Assembly: GCA_026395915.1 (NCBI GenBank)
Contig: JAPLXU010000015.1
Location: 85-64,084 of the forward strand
Length of the DNA: 64,000 bases
Direction of reading: 5' to 3'
DNA from: Candidatus Nomurabacteria bacterium
GTDB taxonomy: Bacteria > Patescibacteriota > Minisyncoccia > Phycocordibacterales > UBA9973
The position numbers and the translations under genes are program-made. Below are positions 19,210-29,700 of this stretch, one piece after another. Numbering within the stretch: the stretch's first letter is position 1; every line of letters begins with the position of its first letter. A model generated the notes under the pieces. That model saw only the letters and a program-made list of their open reading frames with translations. It was not told where the DNA came from and ran no database searches.

Positions 19210-20229
19210 ATGTCAAAATTATACGAAGAGCATGAAAGCAGGGTGATAAATACAGATGGTCAATTCAAATATGTCATGGCAATTACTCTCGATCCGCGAA
19301 CGAATTACAAGGAGGGTATAGCGCGTTGCATTACTAGTCGAAGCGGAGACCTCATGTTTAGAGGCAATACTGACCGAAGTGAATTGCATAAAATAAGAGG
19401 AAGTTCTCTGGAACATTTTGAAATAGGCGAAAGGCTGAATATCAAGAACGAAAAAGAAATTATTGAGAAGCTTGTTAAAGAAGGAGATGATTTTATTGGA
19501 TTAGAAGATCCAGACATTTGGATAGATGAAAAGACAGATTTAATGCATGTTTATTTTACGATACCGATTATACCCAAAAATAAAAATGAAAAGGTTAATG
19601 TTCACTTAGGTCATGCTTTCGGAAAAAATTTAGATTCTTTGGAGATGACTATGCCTGTTCTCCTTGGCACATATAAAATTGGCGCCAAAGAAGTATCTAT
19701 TGCTCCAGTCAATTCAAAAGGTTTTCGTTATAATCTCATTGAATCAAAAGATCGTCAAAATGATACGACTTATTCTACTGTTAAAGTAGCGATTTCAAAA
19801 GAAATGGGCGAACCTTGGGAATATGGCGAGACAGTTTTTCATCCTAAAGAGCACAACATTTCTTGGATTGCCGGTCATGCTTCGCCTGGTCCGCTTTTTT
19901 CAAAAAATTTCATCGATGTTGGCAAAAACAAATTGTTGGGCGTGATAAATGGCAGGGAAGTTAATCAGAAAGTTGACGACAAAATAAAATATGGCATGTT
20001 TTCAGTCGGTCTTTTTGTTTATGACTATGAAAATGGTAAGATAGATTGGGTCTCGCCTGAGCCCTTGATTATCGACAGCGAAGCCAAAACTATTACCTTC
20101 GCGAGTCAGTTTGTGGAAACAGGGAAAGGAGAAGGCATTTTGTACGCTCATGTGGACGATTCATTCGTGCGAGCTTATACGCTTAAAGCCGAATTATTAA
20201 AATCAGTATTACCAAAACAATTTATTTAA
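19210..20229 (+). CDS. hypothetical protein embedded in the GH130 cluster
   Basis: 339-aa ORF with no recognisable motif; co-oriented and tightly spaced with flanking GH130 genes. Confidence 0.45.
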   Translation: MSKLYEEHESRVINTDGQFKYVMAITLDPRTNYKEGIARCITSRSGDLMFRGNTDRSELHKIRGSSLEHFEIGERLNIKNEKEIIEKLVKEGDDFIGLEDPDIWIDEKTDLMHVYFTIPIIPKNKNEKVNVHLGHAFGKNLDSLEMTMPVLLGTYKIGAKEVSIAPVNSKGFRYNLIESKDRQNDTTYSTVKVAISKEMGEPWEYGETVFHPKEHNISWIAGHASPGPLFSKNFIDVGKNKLLGVINGREVNQKVDDKIKYGMFSVGLFVYDYENGKIDWVSPEPLIIDSEAKTITFASQFVETGKGEGILYAHVDDSFVRAYTLKAELLKSVLPKQFI

Positions 20230-20242
20230 TTTTGAAAATTTT

Positions 20243-22174
20243 ATGTTTGTCCTAAAAAGATCTCATCACAACCCGATTCTTGCGCCATATAGAGACCACT
20301 ATTGGGAAGCTTTCGCTTCTTTCAATATGAGTGTTATCAAAAAAGGAAAAACTTTTTACGGCGTGTATCGAGCTATCGGTTTAGAAGATAAACTGCGTAC
20401 TCCGAAACAAATTTCCATCATAGGCATAGGCAAAAGCGAGAACACTGCGCATTTCGAAGATTGCGTTCCTTTTATCACCCCCGTCGAAGAATGGGAAAGT
20501 TTTGGTTGTGAAGATCCCCGTATAACTTTTTTTGAAGGTAATTACTACACTTTTTACACAGCGCTTTCCAAGTATCCATTTGAGGCGAGTGGTATCAAAG
20601 TCGCTGTTGCAGTTTCAAAAGATCTAAAGAAAATAGATGAACGACATTTAGTGACTCCGTTTAACGCGAAAGCCATGGCGCTTTTTCCGGAACGGATAAA
20701 TGGCAAAATCACGGTTATCTTGACAGTAAATACCGACATGCCTCCTTCAAAAATCGCCATCGCTCAAGTTGATAAAATAGAAAATTTATGGAGCAAAAAG
20801 TTTTGGGACAAATGGTACGCAAATATAGATGAACACTCTATCGATTTGAAACGCTCGCAGTCTGACCATGTAGAAGTCGGAGCTCCGCCGATCAAAACTC
20901 CATATGGTTGGCTTCTTTTGTATTCGCATATTCAGAATTATTTTCCATCGCCGGAAAATTTTGATCGCATTTTTGGAATTGAAGCGGTGCTTTTCGATTT
21001 GAACAATCCGCTTAAAATAATCGGTCGCACGCAAGGTCCTATTTTGGTTCCGAGGGAATCCTACGAACTTGTTGGGCACGTTCCAGATATTGTTTTCCCT
21101 TCGGGCGCGGTTTTAGAAAAAGACACGCTTTATATTTATTATGGCGCTGCAGATACGACGACTTGTATGGCGCATGTGAACATGACCGATCTCCTCTCGA
21201 CAATGCGTCCGGAAACTTACGCGAAGTGGCACTTTAATCGCTATCCAAAGAATCCTATTATTGTTCCGGACAAAACGCATCCATGGGAAGCTCAAGCGAC
21301 TTTCAATCCAGCCGCTTTGCGTATCAAAGATACGACATATTTATTGTATCGGGCTCTTTCTCCTGATAATACTTCCGCCATCGGTTACGCGTCTTCCAAA
21401 GATGGTCTTTCTATCGATGAAAGAGGTGTAGAACCCATCTACATTCCGAGAGAAAGTTTTGAATTGAAAAAAATCGCCGGAGGAAATTCCGGTTGCGAGG
21501 ATCCAAGGTTGACAAAAATAGGCAAAAAAATCTATATGTGCTATACGGCGTTTGACGGCATCGGACCACCCCGAGTCGCTGTCACTTCTATCTCCGAAAA
21601 AGATTTTCTGAATAAAAATTGGCAATGGGAAAAACCGATTATCATTACGCCGGCCGGTTTTGACGATAAAGACACTTGCATTTTCCCTGAAAAAACTGAT
21701 GGCAAATATTTTATCCTTCATCGCGTCGGCAATGAAATTTGCGGAGATTATGTTAAATCGCTCAATTTTAAAACGCAGATAATCAAAAAATGCATCCGTA
21801 TTATTGGTCCGAGAATAAACACTTGGGACAGTTCCAAAGTCGGTATTTCCGCGCCACCACTCAAAACAGAATACGGCTGGTTGCTTCTTTATCACGGCAT
21901 TTCTAAAAACCACAATACTTATCGAGTCGGAGCGGTTTTGCTTGATCTGAAAGATCCGGCTATTGTTCTCGCGCGTACAGCCGACCCGATATTTGAACCG
22001 GAAGAATCATACGAAAAAGTTGGTGTCGTCAACAATGTTGTTTTTCCGTGTGGAATGACTTTGAAAGACGGCTTGCTTTATATATATTATGGCGGAGCGG
22101 ACACAGTCGTCGGAGTAGCAACCATAGAACTTGAAATTGTTTTGAAAGCTTTAACGAGAGATGTCAAGAAATAA
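20243..22174 (+). CDS. tandem double GH130/DUF377 protein (two complete GH130 modules in one 643-aa chain)
   Basis: blocks repeat twice: GCEDPRITF...IKTPYGWLLLYSH...YYGAADT, then GCEDPRLTK...LKTEYGWLLLYHG...YYGGADT. Confidence 0.75.
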   Translation: MFVLKRSHHNPILAPYRDHYWEAFASFNMSVIKKGKTFYGVYRAIGLEDKLRTPKQISIIGIGKSENTAHFEDCVPFITPVEEWESFGCEDPRITFFEGNYYTFYTALSKYPFEASGIKVAVAVSKDLKKIDERHLVTPFNAKAMALFPERINGKITVILTVNTDMPPSKIAIAQVDKIENLWSKKFWDKWYANIDEHSIDLKRSQSDHVEVGAPPIKTPYGWLLLYSHIQNYFPSPENFDRIFGIEAVLFDLNNPLKIIGRTQGPILVPRESYELVGHVPDIVFPSGAVLEKDTLYIYYGAADTTTCMAHVNMTDLLSTMRPETYAKWHFNRYPKNPIIVPDKTHPWEAQATFNPAALRIKDTTYLLYRALSPDNTSAIGYASSKDGLSIDERGVEPIYIPRESFELKKIAGGNSGCEDPRLTKIGKKIYMCYTAFDGIGPPRVAVTSISEKDFLNKNWQWEKPIIITPAGFDDKDTCIFPEKTDGKYFILHRVGNEICGDYVKSLNFKTQIIKKCIRIIGPRINTWDSSKVGISAPPLKTEYGWLLLYHGISKNHNTYRVGAVLLDLKDPAIVLARTADPIFEPEESYEKVGVVNNVVFPCGMTLKDGLLYIYYGGADTVVGVATIELEIVLKALTRDVKK

Positions 22175-22187
22175 AATATCTATTTTG

Positions 22188-22196
22188 TGGTATAAT
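22188..22196 (+). promoter_or_regulatory. extended -10 TGGTATAAT 6 nt upstream of the hpf ATG (leaderless-type)
   Basis: read directly. Confidence 0.4.
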
Positions 22197-22202
22197 TGAC
22201 TC

Positions 22203-22601
22203 ATGCAAATAAATTTATTCGGGAAAAATATAGATTTGACGGAGGCCATCAAAGACTATGTCTTGAAAAGAGTTACTAATTTGGGCAAATTACTTTCCAC
22301 TATTGAAGAAAGAGGGGGCAAAGTGATGGTAAATTTTGAAGTTGGCAAATCTACGAAGCACCACAAGTCCGGCGAAGTTTTTCATACAGATTGTTTGATC
22401 AAGATTGATGGAAAAGAATTTTACGGTAGCGCGGACAAAGAAGACCTGTATGAAGCGATAGACGCTGTGAAAGACAGCCTATACAATGAAATAAATAAAA
22501 ATAAAGATCGCACACAAACTCTTTTCCATCGCGGAGCTCGCAGTATCAAAAAAATGATGAAAGGCCTTTCAAGAAGGAATCCTTTCACTTCGAAATACTA
22601 G
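22203..22601 (+). CDS. hpf: ribosome hibernation promoting factor / RaiA family
   Basis: MQINLFGKNIDLTEAIKDYVLKRV... aligns with HPF/YfiA N-terminal domain. Confidence 0.8.
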   Translation: MQINLFGKNIDLTEAIKDYVLKRVTNLGKLLSTIEERGGKVMVNFEVGKSTKHHKSGEVFHTDCLIKIDGKEFYGSADKEDLYEAIDAVKDSLYNEINKNKDRTQTLFHRGARSIKKMMKGLSRRNPFTSKY

Positions 22602-23442
22602 TTTTGGTAAATTCTTCGTATTTAATTTCTTTTTTGCCTTCTGGCAAAACTCTTTTTATTACGAATTCTCCATTTTTAAATTCCGCATCAGTGATGATTA
22701 TTCTTTTACTATTTCTGAAAAAGAAAATTCTTGGCCAACCTGCGTAGGCCCTGAATTTGTTGTACAGAACATTTGGGAGCTCGGCTCCCAAATCTATCAA
22801 TCCGTCTTCTTTTTTGATTTTTTTACAATATGAGGCAATACTCTCATCTTGTGGAGTTAGTTTTATTTTTCCAGTCACGAATTCAGGTAAAGTTTTCACC
22901 AAAAGTTCTCCGCCAATTTTTATCAGACGCTTGCGTAAGTCTGGCGCCTTTTCGTTATTACCGATTGCAACTTTTTCTTGCGCTATTATCGGTCCCGAAT
23001 CCAATTCAAAAGACATTTTCTGGATTGTGACTCCTGTCTCGGTATCACCGTTTAAAATGGCTGATTCTACAGGCGAAGCGCCTCTATATTTCGGAAGAAG
23101 AGAATAGTGGATATTGATAGAGCCGAATCTTGGCATGTTTATAATTTTTTCTGATAGTATCTTGCCGTAGGCGACGACGAGAAAGAAATCTGGGATATTT
23201 TTCTCACCACTAAAATTTTCTGCTAGTTCCTTTGTATTTTCTGGCTGAATATATGGAATTTTGTTTTCTATCGCCCAAATTTTTGTTGGTGGGGGAGTTA
23301 TGATCATTTTGCGACCTTGCGGTTTATCGGGGGATGTGACAATGAGTGACGGCAAATAGCCACTCTCTTTTAGAATCTCCAAAGTTTCCGAAGCTACATC
23401 CGGCGTGCCAAAAAATATGAAATTGAGCTTTTTTGTATCCAC
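22585..23442 (-). CDS. fmt: methionyl-tRNA formyltransferase
   Basis: FFGTPDVA, VVAYGKIL, INIHYSLLPKYRGASPV. Confidence 0.85.
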   Translation of the reverse strand: MDTKKLNFIFFGTPDVASETLEILKESGYLPSLIVTSPDKPQGRKMIITPPPTKIWAIENKIPYIQPENTKELAENFSGEKNIPDFFLVVAYGKILSEKIINMPRFGSINIHYSLLPKYRGASPVESAILNGDTETGVTIQKMSFELDSGPIIAQEKVAIGNNEKAPDLRKRLIKIGGELLVKTLPEFVTGKIKLTPQDESIASYCKKIKKEDGLIDLGAELPNVLYNKFRAYAGWPRIFFFRNSKRIIITDAEFKNGEFVIKRVLPEGKKEIKYEEFTKTSISK

Positions 23443-23475
23443 TTTATAACTTTATGAACTTTTACACTTTGTAAA

Positions 23476-24054
23476 CTATTTGGGTAATTCTTCTTTTACA
23501 TCCACGGCGTGGTCAATGAAAAGTATGCCGTTTAGATGATCTGTTTCATGCTGGAAAATTTGCGCGAGCAATCCTGACGCTCCGCGAGTAAACTTTTTTC
23601 CGTTTTCGTCATAAGCAGTAACGGTGGCTTTTTTAGAACGAAAAGTTTTGCCGTAAAGCGGACGGACTGACAAGCATCCTTCCGGCACCCATTCTTTTTC
23701 GCGAGAAAGTCTGGAGATTTTCGGATTGATGAAAATCATATCAACCGCGACAGGATCTTCCTGATCGGGGTCGCTGTCTCCGCTTACTAGCGGAGCGCTG
23801 CCTCTCGGCTCGCCAGCCTGCGAGACACCCCGCTCAGGAAATCCTGTCGCGAAAACTTTCCCAGAAACCACAAAGATGCGCAATGAATATCCGATTTGGG
23901 GTGCTGCAATGGCCACGCCATCATCTTGGCTTTTCAGGGCGGAAGACATTTCCCGCAATATCTTTTTTATTTTTGTTGTTTTAACATCGGAAAGTTTTAC
24001 CTCCTTAGCTGTTTCTCGCAGGACTTTTTCATTTTTCTGGAGAATTTTTTTCAT
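23476..24054 (-). CDS. def: peptide deformylase with a ~35-aa Gly/Pro/Ser/Asp-rich loop insertion
   Basis: GVAIAAPQIG, EGCLSVR and HETDHLNG are the three PDF motifs; GC-rich insertion at ~23750-23860. Confidence 0.85.
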   Translation of the reverse strand: MKKILQKNEKVLRETAKEVKLSDVKTTKIKKILREMSSALKSQDDGVAIAAPQIGYSLRIFVVSGKVFATGFPERGVSQAGEPRGSAPLVSGDSDPDQEDPVAVDMIFINPKISRLSREKEWVPEGCLSVRPLYGKTFRSKKATVTAYDENGKKFTRGASGLLAQIFQHETDHLNGILFIDHAVDVKEELPK

Positions 24055-25361
24055 TACTTTAACTCTTTTAAATACTCTAATAGTTTGCTTAATTTTACAG
24101 TGTCTTGAGATCTATTTCCCATATCTCTGACTATGACGGTATTGTCGAGCGCTTCTTTGACTCCGAAAATAAGCGCGTAGGGGATAGCAAGCCTCTCGGC
24201 AATTGCAAGTTGCGAACCTAGGCTATCCTTTGAAAGTGATTGAGAAATAGGCACATGAGCCTTTCGCAGTATTTCAATTACGTTCAAACTTTTCAGTTTT
24301 GCTTCTGTGCCGAGTTGAATGAAATAAATTTTCGGCTTTTTCAAAATACGAGGACAGAGTTTTTTATACCAAGGCGATGCGACTATTCTGTCCACTCCGA
24401 TAGAAAATCCCACGCTGGGAACATCTTTCTTGCTTCCGATCTGGCGAGCGAGATAGTCATAACGTCCGCCTCCCGCGAGAGTGAGAGGCGTGCCGTCTTC
24501 TCCGCCTTTTTGCTCAATGATTTCAAAAACTGTGCGAGTGTAATAGGAAAGTCCACGCACTAAGTTTTTATTTATGTTGTATTGGATATTCATTTCTTCC
24601 AAGTATTCCAGCACTTCTTTGAAATGTTTTTTGCAGGAAGGGCAGAGGAATGAAACGGAATCCGGAGCGCCTTCGTTTATAATTTTCGTTTTGTCTTCTT
24701 TTGAATCCAAAATCCGAAGGGGATTTGTTTTCAGACGTTCACGATCAATGGGCGCCAAATTACCGATATTTTTTCTGTAATAATTCGTAAGTTCTTTAAC
24801 GTATCCGTTTCGGCATTCCTTATCACCGATGGAATTGATATCGATGGAAAGATTTGATGCTCCAGCTTCTTCTAGAATACTTATGCAAGTTTTAATCACA
24901 AGCGCGTCCATAATACTTTTTTCGCTTCCGAGCGCGTCGCAATCAAATTGCCAGAATTGTCTGAAACGTCCACGTTGCGGTTTATCATGTCTGAAAGACG
25001 GTCCGTATTGATAAAGCATCACAGGTTGGGGGAGTGTTTGCATTCCATGTTCAATATAAGCGCGCATCATTGGCGCGGTGTGTTCAGGTCGAAGCGCTAG
25101 ATGATCTCCACCCTTGGTTTTCAAGGTGTACATTTCTTTATCGACTATATCCGTGCCCTCGCCGATGCTGGTGGTAAAAATTTCTTCATTTTCAAGCATT
25201 GGAGTTTCGATAGGTTTGAAGCCGTAATACACAGCCACTTCTTGAGCCTTTTCGAAAAATCCTTGGAATGAATAATATTCCTCGTTCATTAAATCTCTCA
25301 TTCCCTTTGGCGAAGATATTTCTGCTCCCTTATTTTTATTTTGATTAGTCATTTTCTTCAT
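24054..25361 (-). CDS. hisS: histidyl-tRNA synthetase
   Basis: GMRDLMNEEYYSFQ and FRHDKPQRGRFRQFWQFDCD are class II HisRS motifs. Confidence 0.9.
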   Translation of the reverse strand: MKKMTNQNKNKGAEISSPKGMRDLMNEEYYSFQGFFEKAQEVAVYYGFKPIETPMLENEEIFTTSIGEGTDIVDKEMYTLKTKGGDHLALRPEHTAPMMRAYIEHGMQTLPQPVMLYQYGPSFRHDKPQRGRFRQFWQFDCDALGSEKSIMDALVIKTCISILEEAGASNLSIDINSIGDKECRNGYVKELTNYYRKNIGNLAPIDRERLKTNPLRILDSKEDKTKIINEGAPDSVSFLCPSCKKHFKEVLEYLEEMNIQYNINKNLVRGLSYYTRTVFEIIEQKGGEDGTPLTLAGGGRYDYLARQIGSKKDVPSVGFSIGVDRIVASPWYKKLCPRILKKPKIYFIQLGTEAKLKSLNVIEILRKAHVPISQSLSKDSLGSQLAIAERLAIPYALIFGVKEALDNTVIVRDMGNRSQDTVKLSKLLEYLKELK

Positions 25362-25366
25362 TCTTC

Positions 25367-25993
25367 CTACTTACTTGTTTGTTGATAATAACCTGGCAAA
25401 ACACCAATTTTATTTATTGGCAATAAACGCAAGAAAGCTTTTCCGGTAAAGAATTCTTTTTTTACCGGTCCCCAGAATCTTGAATCGGAACTACCGCTTC
25501 TATTGTCGCCCATAACGAAATACTCATCTGATTTTAATACGAAGTGAATGTTGTTGTCAGAGGTGTTTTTCACATAAGGTTCGTCGAGCGTAAATCCTTT
25601 TTTATTTTCGGCGTTTGTTATTGTCACCGCGCTTCCTTTTATATCAACAGTTTCGTTTGGCAGACCGATGACCCGTTTTATATAGTATTTTCCTGGGTCA
25701 AAAAATCTTACTACGAAATTTCTTGTTGGATCGTTCTTGGGGTCAAGCGGGTATTTGAAAATTACTACATCGCCTCTTGTCGGACTACCAAGTTCGTAAG
25801 ACAATTGATCCACAATCAGATAATCTCCGTTGTTGAAAGTAGGGAACATTGAAAGACCTGAAACAACAAAAGGGTCGGCTATGAACCAGCGAATCGGGAG
25901 AACTATAATAACTGCGATGAGAGTAAAACGCACAATTTCCCAAAACGACTGCATCTTTGTTTTTGTTGTTTCCATCGGTATAATATAGCACAA
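25367..25993 (-). CDS. lepB: signal peptidase I
   Basis: VVSGLSMFPTF (Ser box) and GDNRSGSSDSRFWG; the true start may be an internal Met. Confidence 0.85.
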   Translation of the reverse strand: MCYIIPMETTKTKMQSFWEIVRFTLIAVIIVLPIRWFIADPFVVSGLSMFPTFNNGDYLIVDQLSYELGSPTRGDVVIFKYPLDPKNDPTRNFVVRFFDPGKYYIKRVIGLPNETVDIKGSAVTITNAENKKGFTLDEPYVKNTSDNNIHFVLKSDEYFVMGDNRSGSSDSRFWGPVKKEFFTGKAFLRLLPINKIGVLPGYYQQTSK

Positions 25994-26035
25994 AAAATCC
26001 TTGACACATTGTCAAAATTTGTTTTTTAATAAATT

Positions 26036-26152
26036 AAGAAAATTCCAGAATATAGCTTTTGCGGGGTTTCGAGGCTGACGAGCCGAGAACTTCAGGATTT
26101 TTTAAGCTTCAAAAAATCCGTACCAAAAAAAGTTATATTCTGGAATTTTCTT
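26036..26152. repeat. copy A of a conserved 70-nt element (core 26063-26132) closed by a 19-bp perfect inverted repeat (26036-26054 / 26134-26152)
   Basis: the core is ~95% identical to the reverse complement of 38094-38163; the outer helix differs completely between copies. Confidence 0.8.
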
Positions 26153-26180
26153 AATTTACACTTTGTGCTATGATTGAATC

Positions 26181-26708
26181 ATGAAACTTGTTGTTGGTTT
26201 GGGAAATCCGGGCGAAGAATATGTAAATACCAGGCACAATACTGGGCGGATTGTGGTTGGTTTGATAGAAGAAAAAATAGACAAAGTGAAAATTAAATTT
26301 ATCACGCCGGACACTTTCATGAACAATTCCGGCCTCGCCGTCGCCAAGGCTTTGGCGGGCAAGAAAGCCTTAAAGGATTTAATTGTGATCTATGATGATG
26401 TCGATTTGCCGTTAGGAAAAATGAAAATTTCTTTTAATCGATCTTCGGGCGGACACAATGGTTTAAATTCCATCATCAAGGCTCTAAAAAGCGAGGAATT
26501 TTTGAGAATAAGAATTGGTATATCACCGGCCACTCCAAAAGGCGTAGTCAGAAAGCCAAAAGGAGAAAAAGCGATGTTGAATTTTTTGCTGGGGGAATAT
26601 AAAAAGCCAGAATTGGAAACAATTAAAAAACTTTCCAAAAAGGTCGCCGAAGCAGTGGAAATGATTTTCACTGAAGGAAAAGATAAGGCTATGAGTTTGT
26701 ATAATTAG
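26181..26708 (+). CDS. pth: peptidyl-tRNA hydrolase
   Basis: MKLVVGLGNPGEEYVNTRHNTG...; TGCTATGAT -10 element at 26166-26174 gives a leaderless-type arrangement. Confidence 0.9.
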   Translation: MKLVVGLGNPGEEYVNTRHNTGRIVVGLIEEKIDKVKIKFITPDTFMNNSGLAVAKALAGKKALKDLIVIYDDVDLPLGKMKISFNRSSGGHNGLNSIIKALKSEEFLRIRIGISPATPKGVVRKPKGEKAMLNFLLGEYKKPELETIKKLSKKVAEAVEMIFTEGKDKAMSLYN

Positions 26709-26716
26709 TAATAATT

Positions 26717-29700
26717 TCAGACCTCTTTTAATGCCTCTATTATAATGCTCTTTTCGCCGTTGCGCAAAGAGACTTTGCCGGAAAGAGCTATGCACTTTTC
26801 AGCAATTAATATGTCTACTGATTCTTTGAATATCGATGGAAAAGTTACCGCTTCGATGGAATCCGTCAAATCCGATATTTTCAAGAATGCCATTCTTTCG
26901 TTATTTTTTGTGATTACGATTCTTGCGGTTTCTATTATTCCAGCGATGGTTATTTGCATGCCATTGCCAATTTCTTCTTTTATTTTTTTGATGTTCATAT
27001 TACGGCTTTCCAATTTCTCGCGGATGCGATCGAGTGGATGTCCGGAAATATAAAGTCCGAGTAACTCTTTTTCCCAAAGCAATTTTTCCGCTTGAGTCGC
27101 GACTTTGGCATCTTGCAATTTGAATTCCGGAGCTTTGATTGAATTTGCTCCGCCAAAAAGAGAAATCTGATTCTCGTTTTGCTTGGTTCCCTCGTGATTA
27201 TATTCAAGCATCGCTTCTCCGTTTGCGAGCATTATTCCGCGATCACCCCATTCGTCCATGCATCCTGATTTGATCAATGCCTCGAGAGATTTTTTGTTTA
27301 GATTTTTGTGTTTGATTCTGTCCAAGAAATCAGTGATTGATTTGAATTTGCCATTCAATTTTCTTTCTCTTATGATAGCGTCGGAAATATCGGTTCCCAA
27401 ATTTTTTATTGTGTAAAATCCAAATCTTATTTTTTTGCTTGTATTTGTTTCGCTTATTACTGTGTCTTTTTCTTCTGGCAAACAAGTGAACCCCCCATAA
27501 CTTTCATTGATGTGCGGAGGGAGAACTGGTATATTCATATTTTTGCATTCCTGAATTATTTCCGAAATTTTTTCTACGTCTCCGGATTCGGCTGTGAGTA
27601 TTGAAGCCATGTATTCGACAGGGTAGTTTGCTTTCATATACGCTGTTTGATATGCGACTTTTCCATACGAAGCGGCATGCGCTTTTCCGAAACCGTACGC
27701 CTGAAACGGTTCAAAAAGTTTCCAAAGTTTTTCCGCGAATTCTGGAGTTTGGCCGTTTTTTATTATTCCTTTTGTTAATTTTTCCCTTTGAGCTGCCATT
27801 TCTGCAGGTATTTTTTTGCCGACCGCTTTACGGAATTTGTCGGCTTCCTCCCAGTTGTATCCGGCGAGTTCGATAGCAGACAAGAGCAAGTCATCTTGGT
27901 ACACAATTAATCCGTAAGAATCTCCAAGATATTTTTTCATTCTAGGATCCATGTATTTCACGAGTTTTGGATTATGTTTGCGTTTGATGTATTCCGGAAT
28001 GGATTCCATCGGTCCGGGACGGTAGAGAGCGACCATAGCGTTGATGTCGTGTATCGAAGTCGGTTTCAATTCTTTCAAATATTTTGTCATACCGGAGCCG
28101 TTCAACTGGAACAGCCCTTCGGTTTGCCCACTTGCTAAAAGTCTGAAAGTTTTTTTGTCATCGAGAGGAATGTTCTCTATGTCTATATTTACGTTATAGA
28201 ATCTTTTAACCAAACTGACAGCATCCGCCAAAATGGATAAGTTTCTGATACCTAGAAAATCGAATTTCAAAAGCCCCGCTTCCTCAATATTATACATGTC
28301 GTACTGGGTGATTATTTTATTTTCTCCTTTCGGATCGTATTGAAGAGGAACATATTCTACGAGCGGTAGAGGGGAAATGACGACTCCGGCGGCGTGCACT
28401 GAGATATGTCTGACGCACCCTTCAAGTTTCTTTGCCAAGTCTATTATTTTTTTTGTGTCCTTTTCTGTATTGTATGCGGTTTTTAGTTCGGGTGTCATTT
28501 CCATCGCGTGGTCTATTGTCATAGGCATTCCTTGCGAACCCATGGGAATCATTTTTGAAAGTCTGTCGCCAACAGCGTACGGATAACCGAGAGCGCGAGC
28601 AACGTCTTTGACTGCTCCGCGCGCCATCATGGTTCCAAAAGTTCCTATTTGCGCCACTTTATCTTCTCCATATTTCTTTTTTACATACTCGATCATTTCA
28701 TCTCGTCTATTGTCAGCGTAGTCCATATCGATATCGGGAGCGGAAGGGCGGAATGGATTTAAAAATCTTTCAAAAGGGATCTTGTATTCTATTGGATTTA
28801 CATTAGTAATTCCTAACAAATATGTGGCCATCGATCCTGCGACCGATCCTCTGATTGTCGTCAAGATTCCATTTTCTTTTGCGTGTCTCAAGAGATCGCC
28901 CACCACCAAAAAGTATGGCGCGTAACCCTTATCTTTAATAACTTTTAATTCATACTCTACGCGTTCCAATGTCTCTGGTTTTTTTTCTATTTTTAATCTA
29001 TCAAATCCTAAATACACCAGCTCTCGCATTTTTTCATCAGGAGTTTTTCCATCTTCAATTTTAAAATCTGGGAAAACCCACTTGCCGAGTTCCAATTCGA
29101 GGTTGCACATATCTGCTACTTTTTTTGTGTTCTCCACTGCTTCCGGAACGTCTTTGAAAATCTCTAAAGCTTTCTCTGTGCTGATGACAGAAAAATCGTC
29201 GTCAGAAAATTCAAACTTGGCTCCGTCTTTTGCATCGCCTTGGGTGTTAATTTGAAGCAATGTATGATGCGCATCATGATCGTCACTGCAAGGGTAGTGT
29301 GAATCTTGAGTTGCGACGACAGAAACTCCGTGTTTTTTGGCAAGCGCCACCAACGAGTTGCGCACAGCTTTGTCATTTTCCACCGACGGATGGCATTGTA
29401 TTTCAATAAAATAATTTTCTTTACCGAAAATATCTTGGTATTCGAGGACTAACTCGTCCGCTTTTTTCATGTCGCCCTTCAAGACTGTCTGTGATAATTC
29501 TCCACCGAGACATCCAGACAAAGCTATCAGCCCGCCGGAATGTCTTCGCAAAATTTCCTTGTCCATTCTCGGTTTGTAATAATATCCTTCCAAGTTTGCA
29601 ATGGTTACCAGTTTTAGCAGATTTTTGTAGCCCTCCAGATTCTTTGCGAGCAAAATGAGATGGTAATAACGTTTTGTGCCTCCGGCTTCTGCCGTTCTAT

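Noticed and set aside
21341-21913. Long antisense ORFs inside large genes (e.g. 21341-21913 in the GH130 gene, 59801-60340 in leuS, 1408-1683 and 2721-3032 in the surface-protein gene, 43741-44292 in the ABC ATPase gene)
   Set aside because: They are fully contained in strongly supported genes on the opposite strand and have no motifs. They are typical shadow ORFs.
26063-26132. Hammerhead-ribozyme-like blocks CUGACGAG and GAAAC within the 70-nt conserved element
   Set aside because: On either strand the GAAAC-type block precedes CUGANGA. The hammerhead order is the reverse, and the helices II/III cannot be drawn. The resemblance is coincidental.
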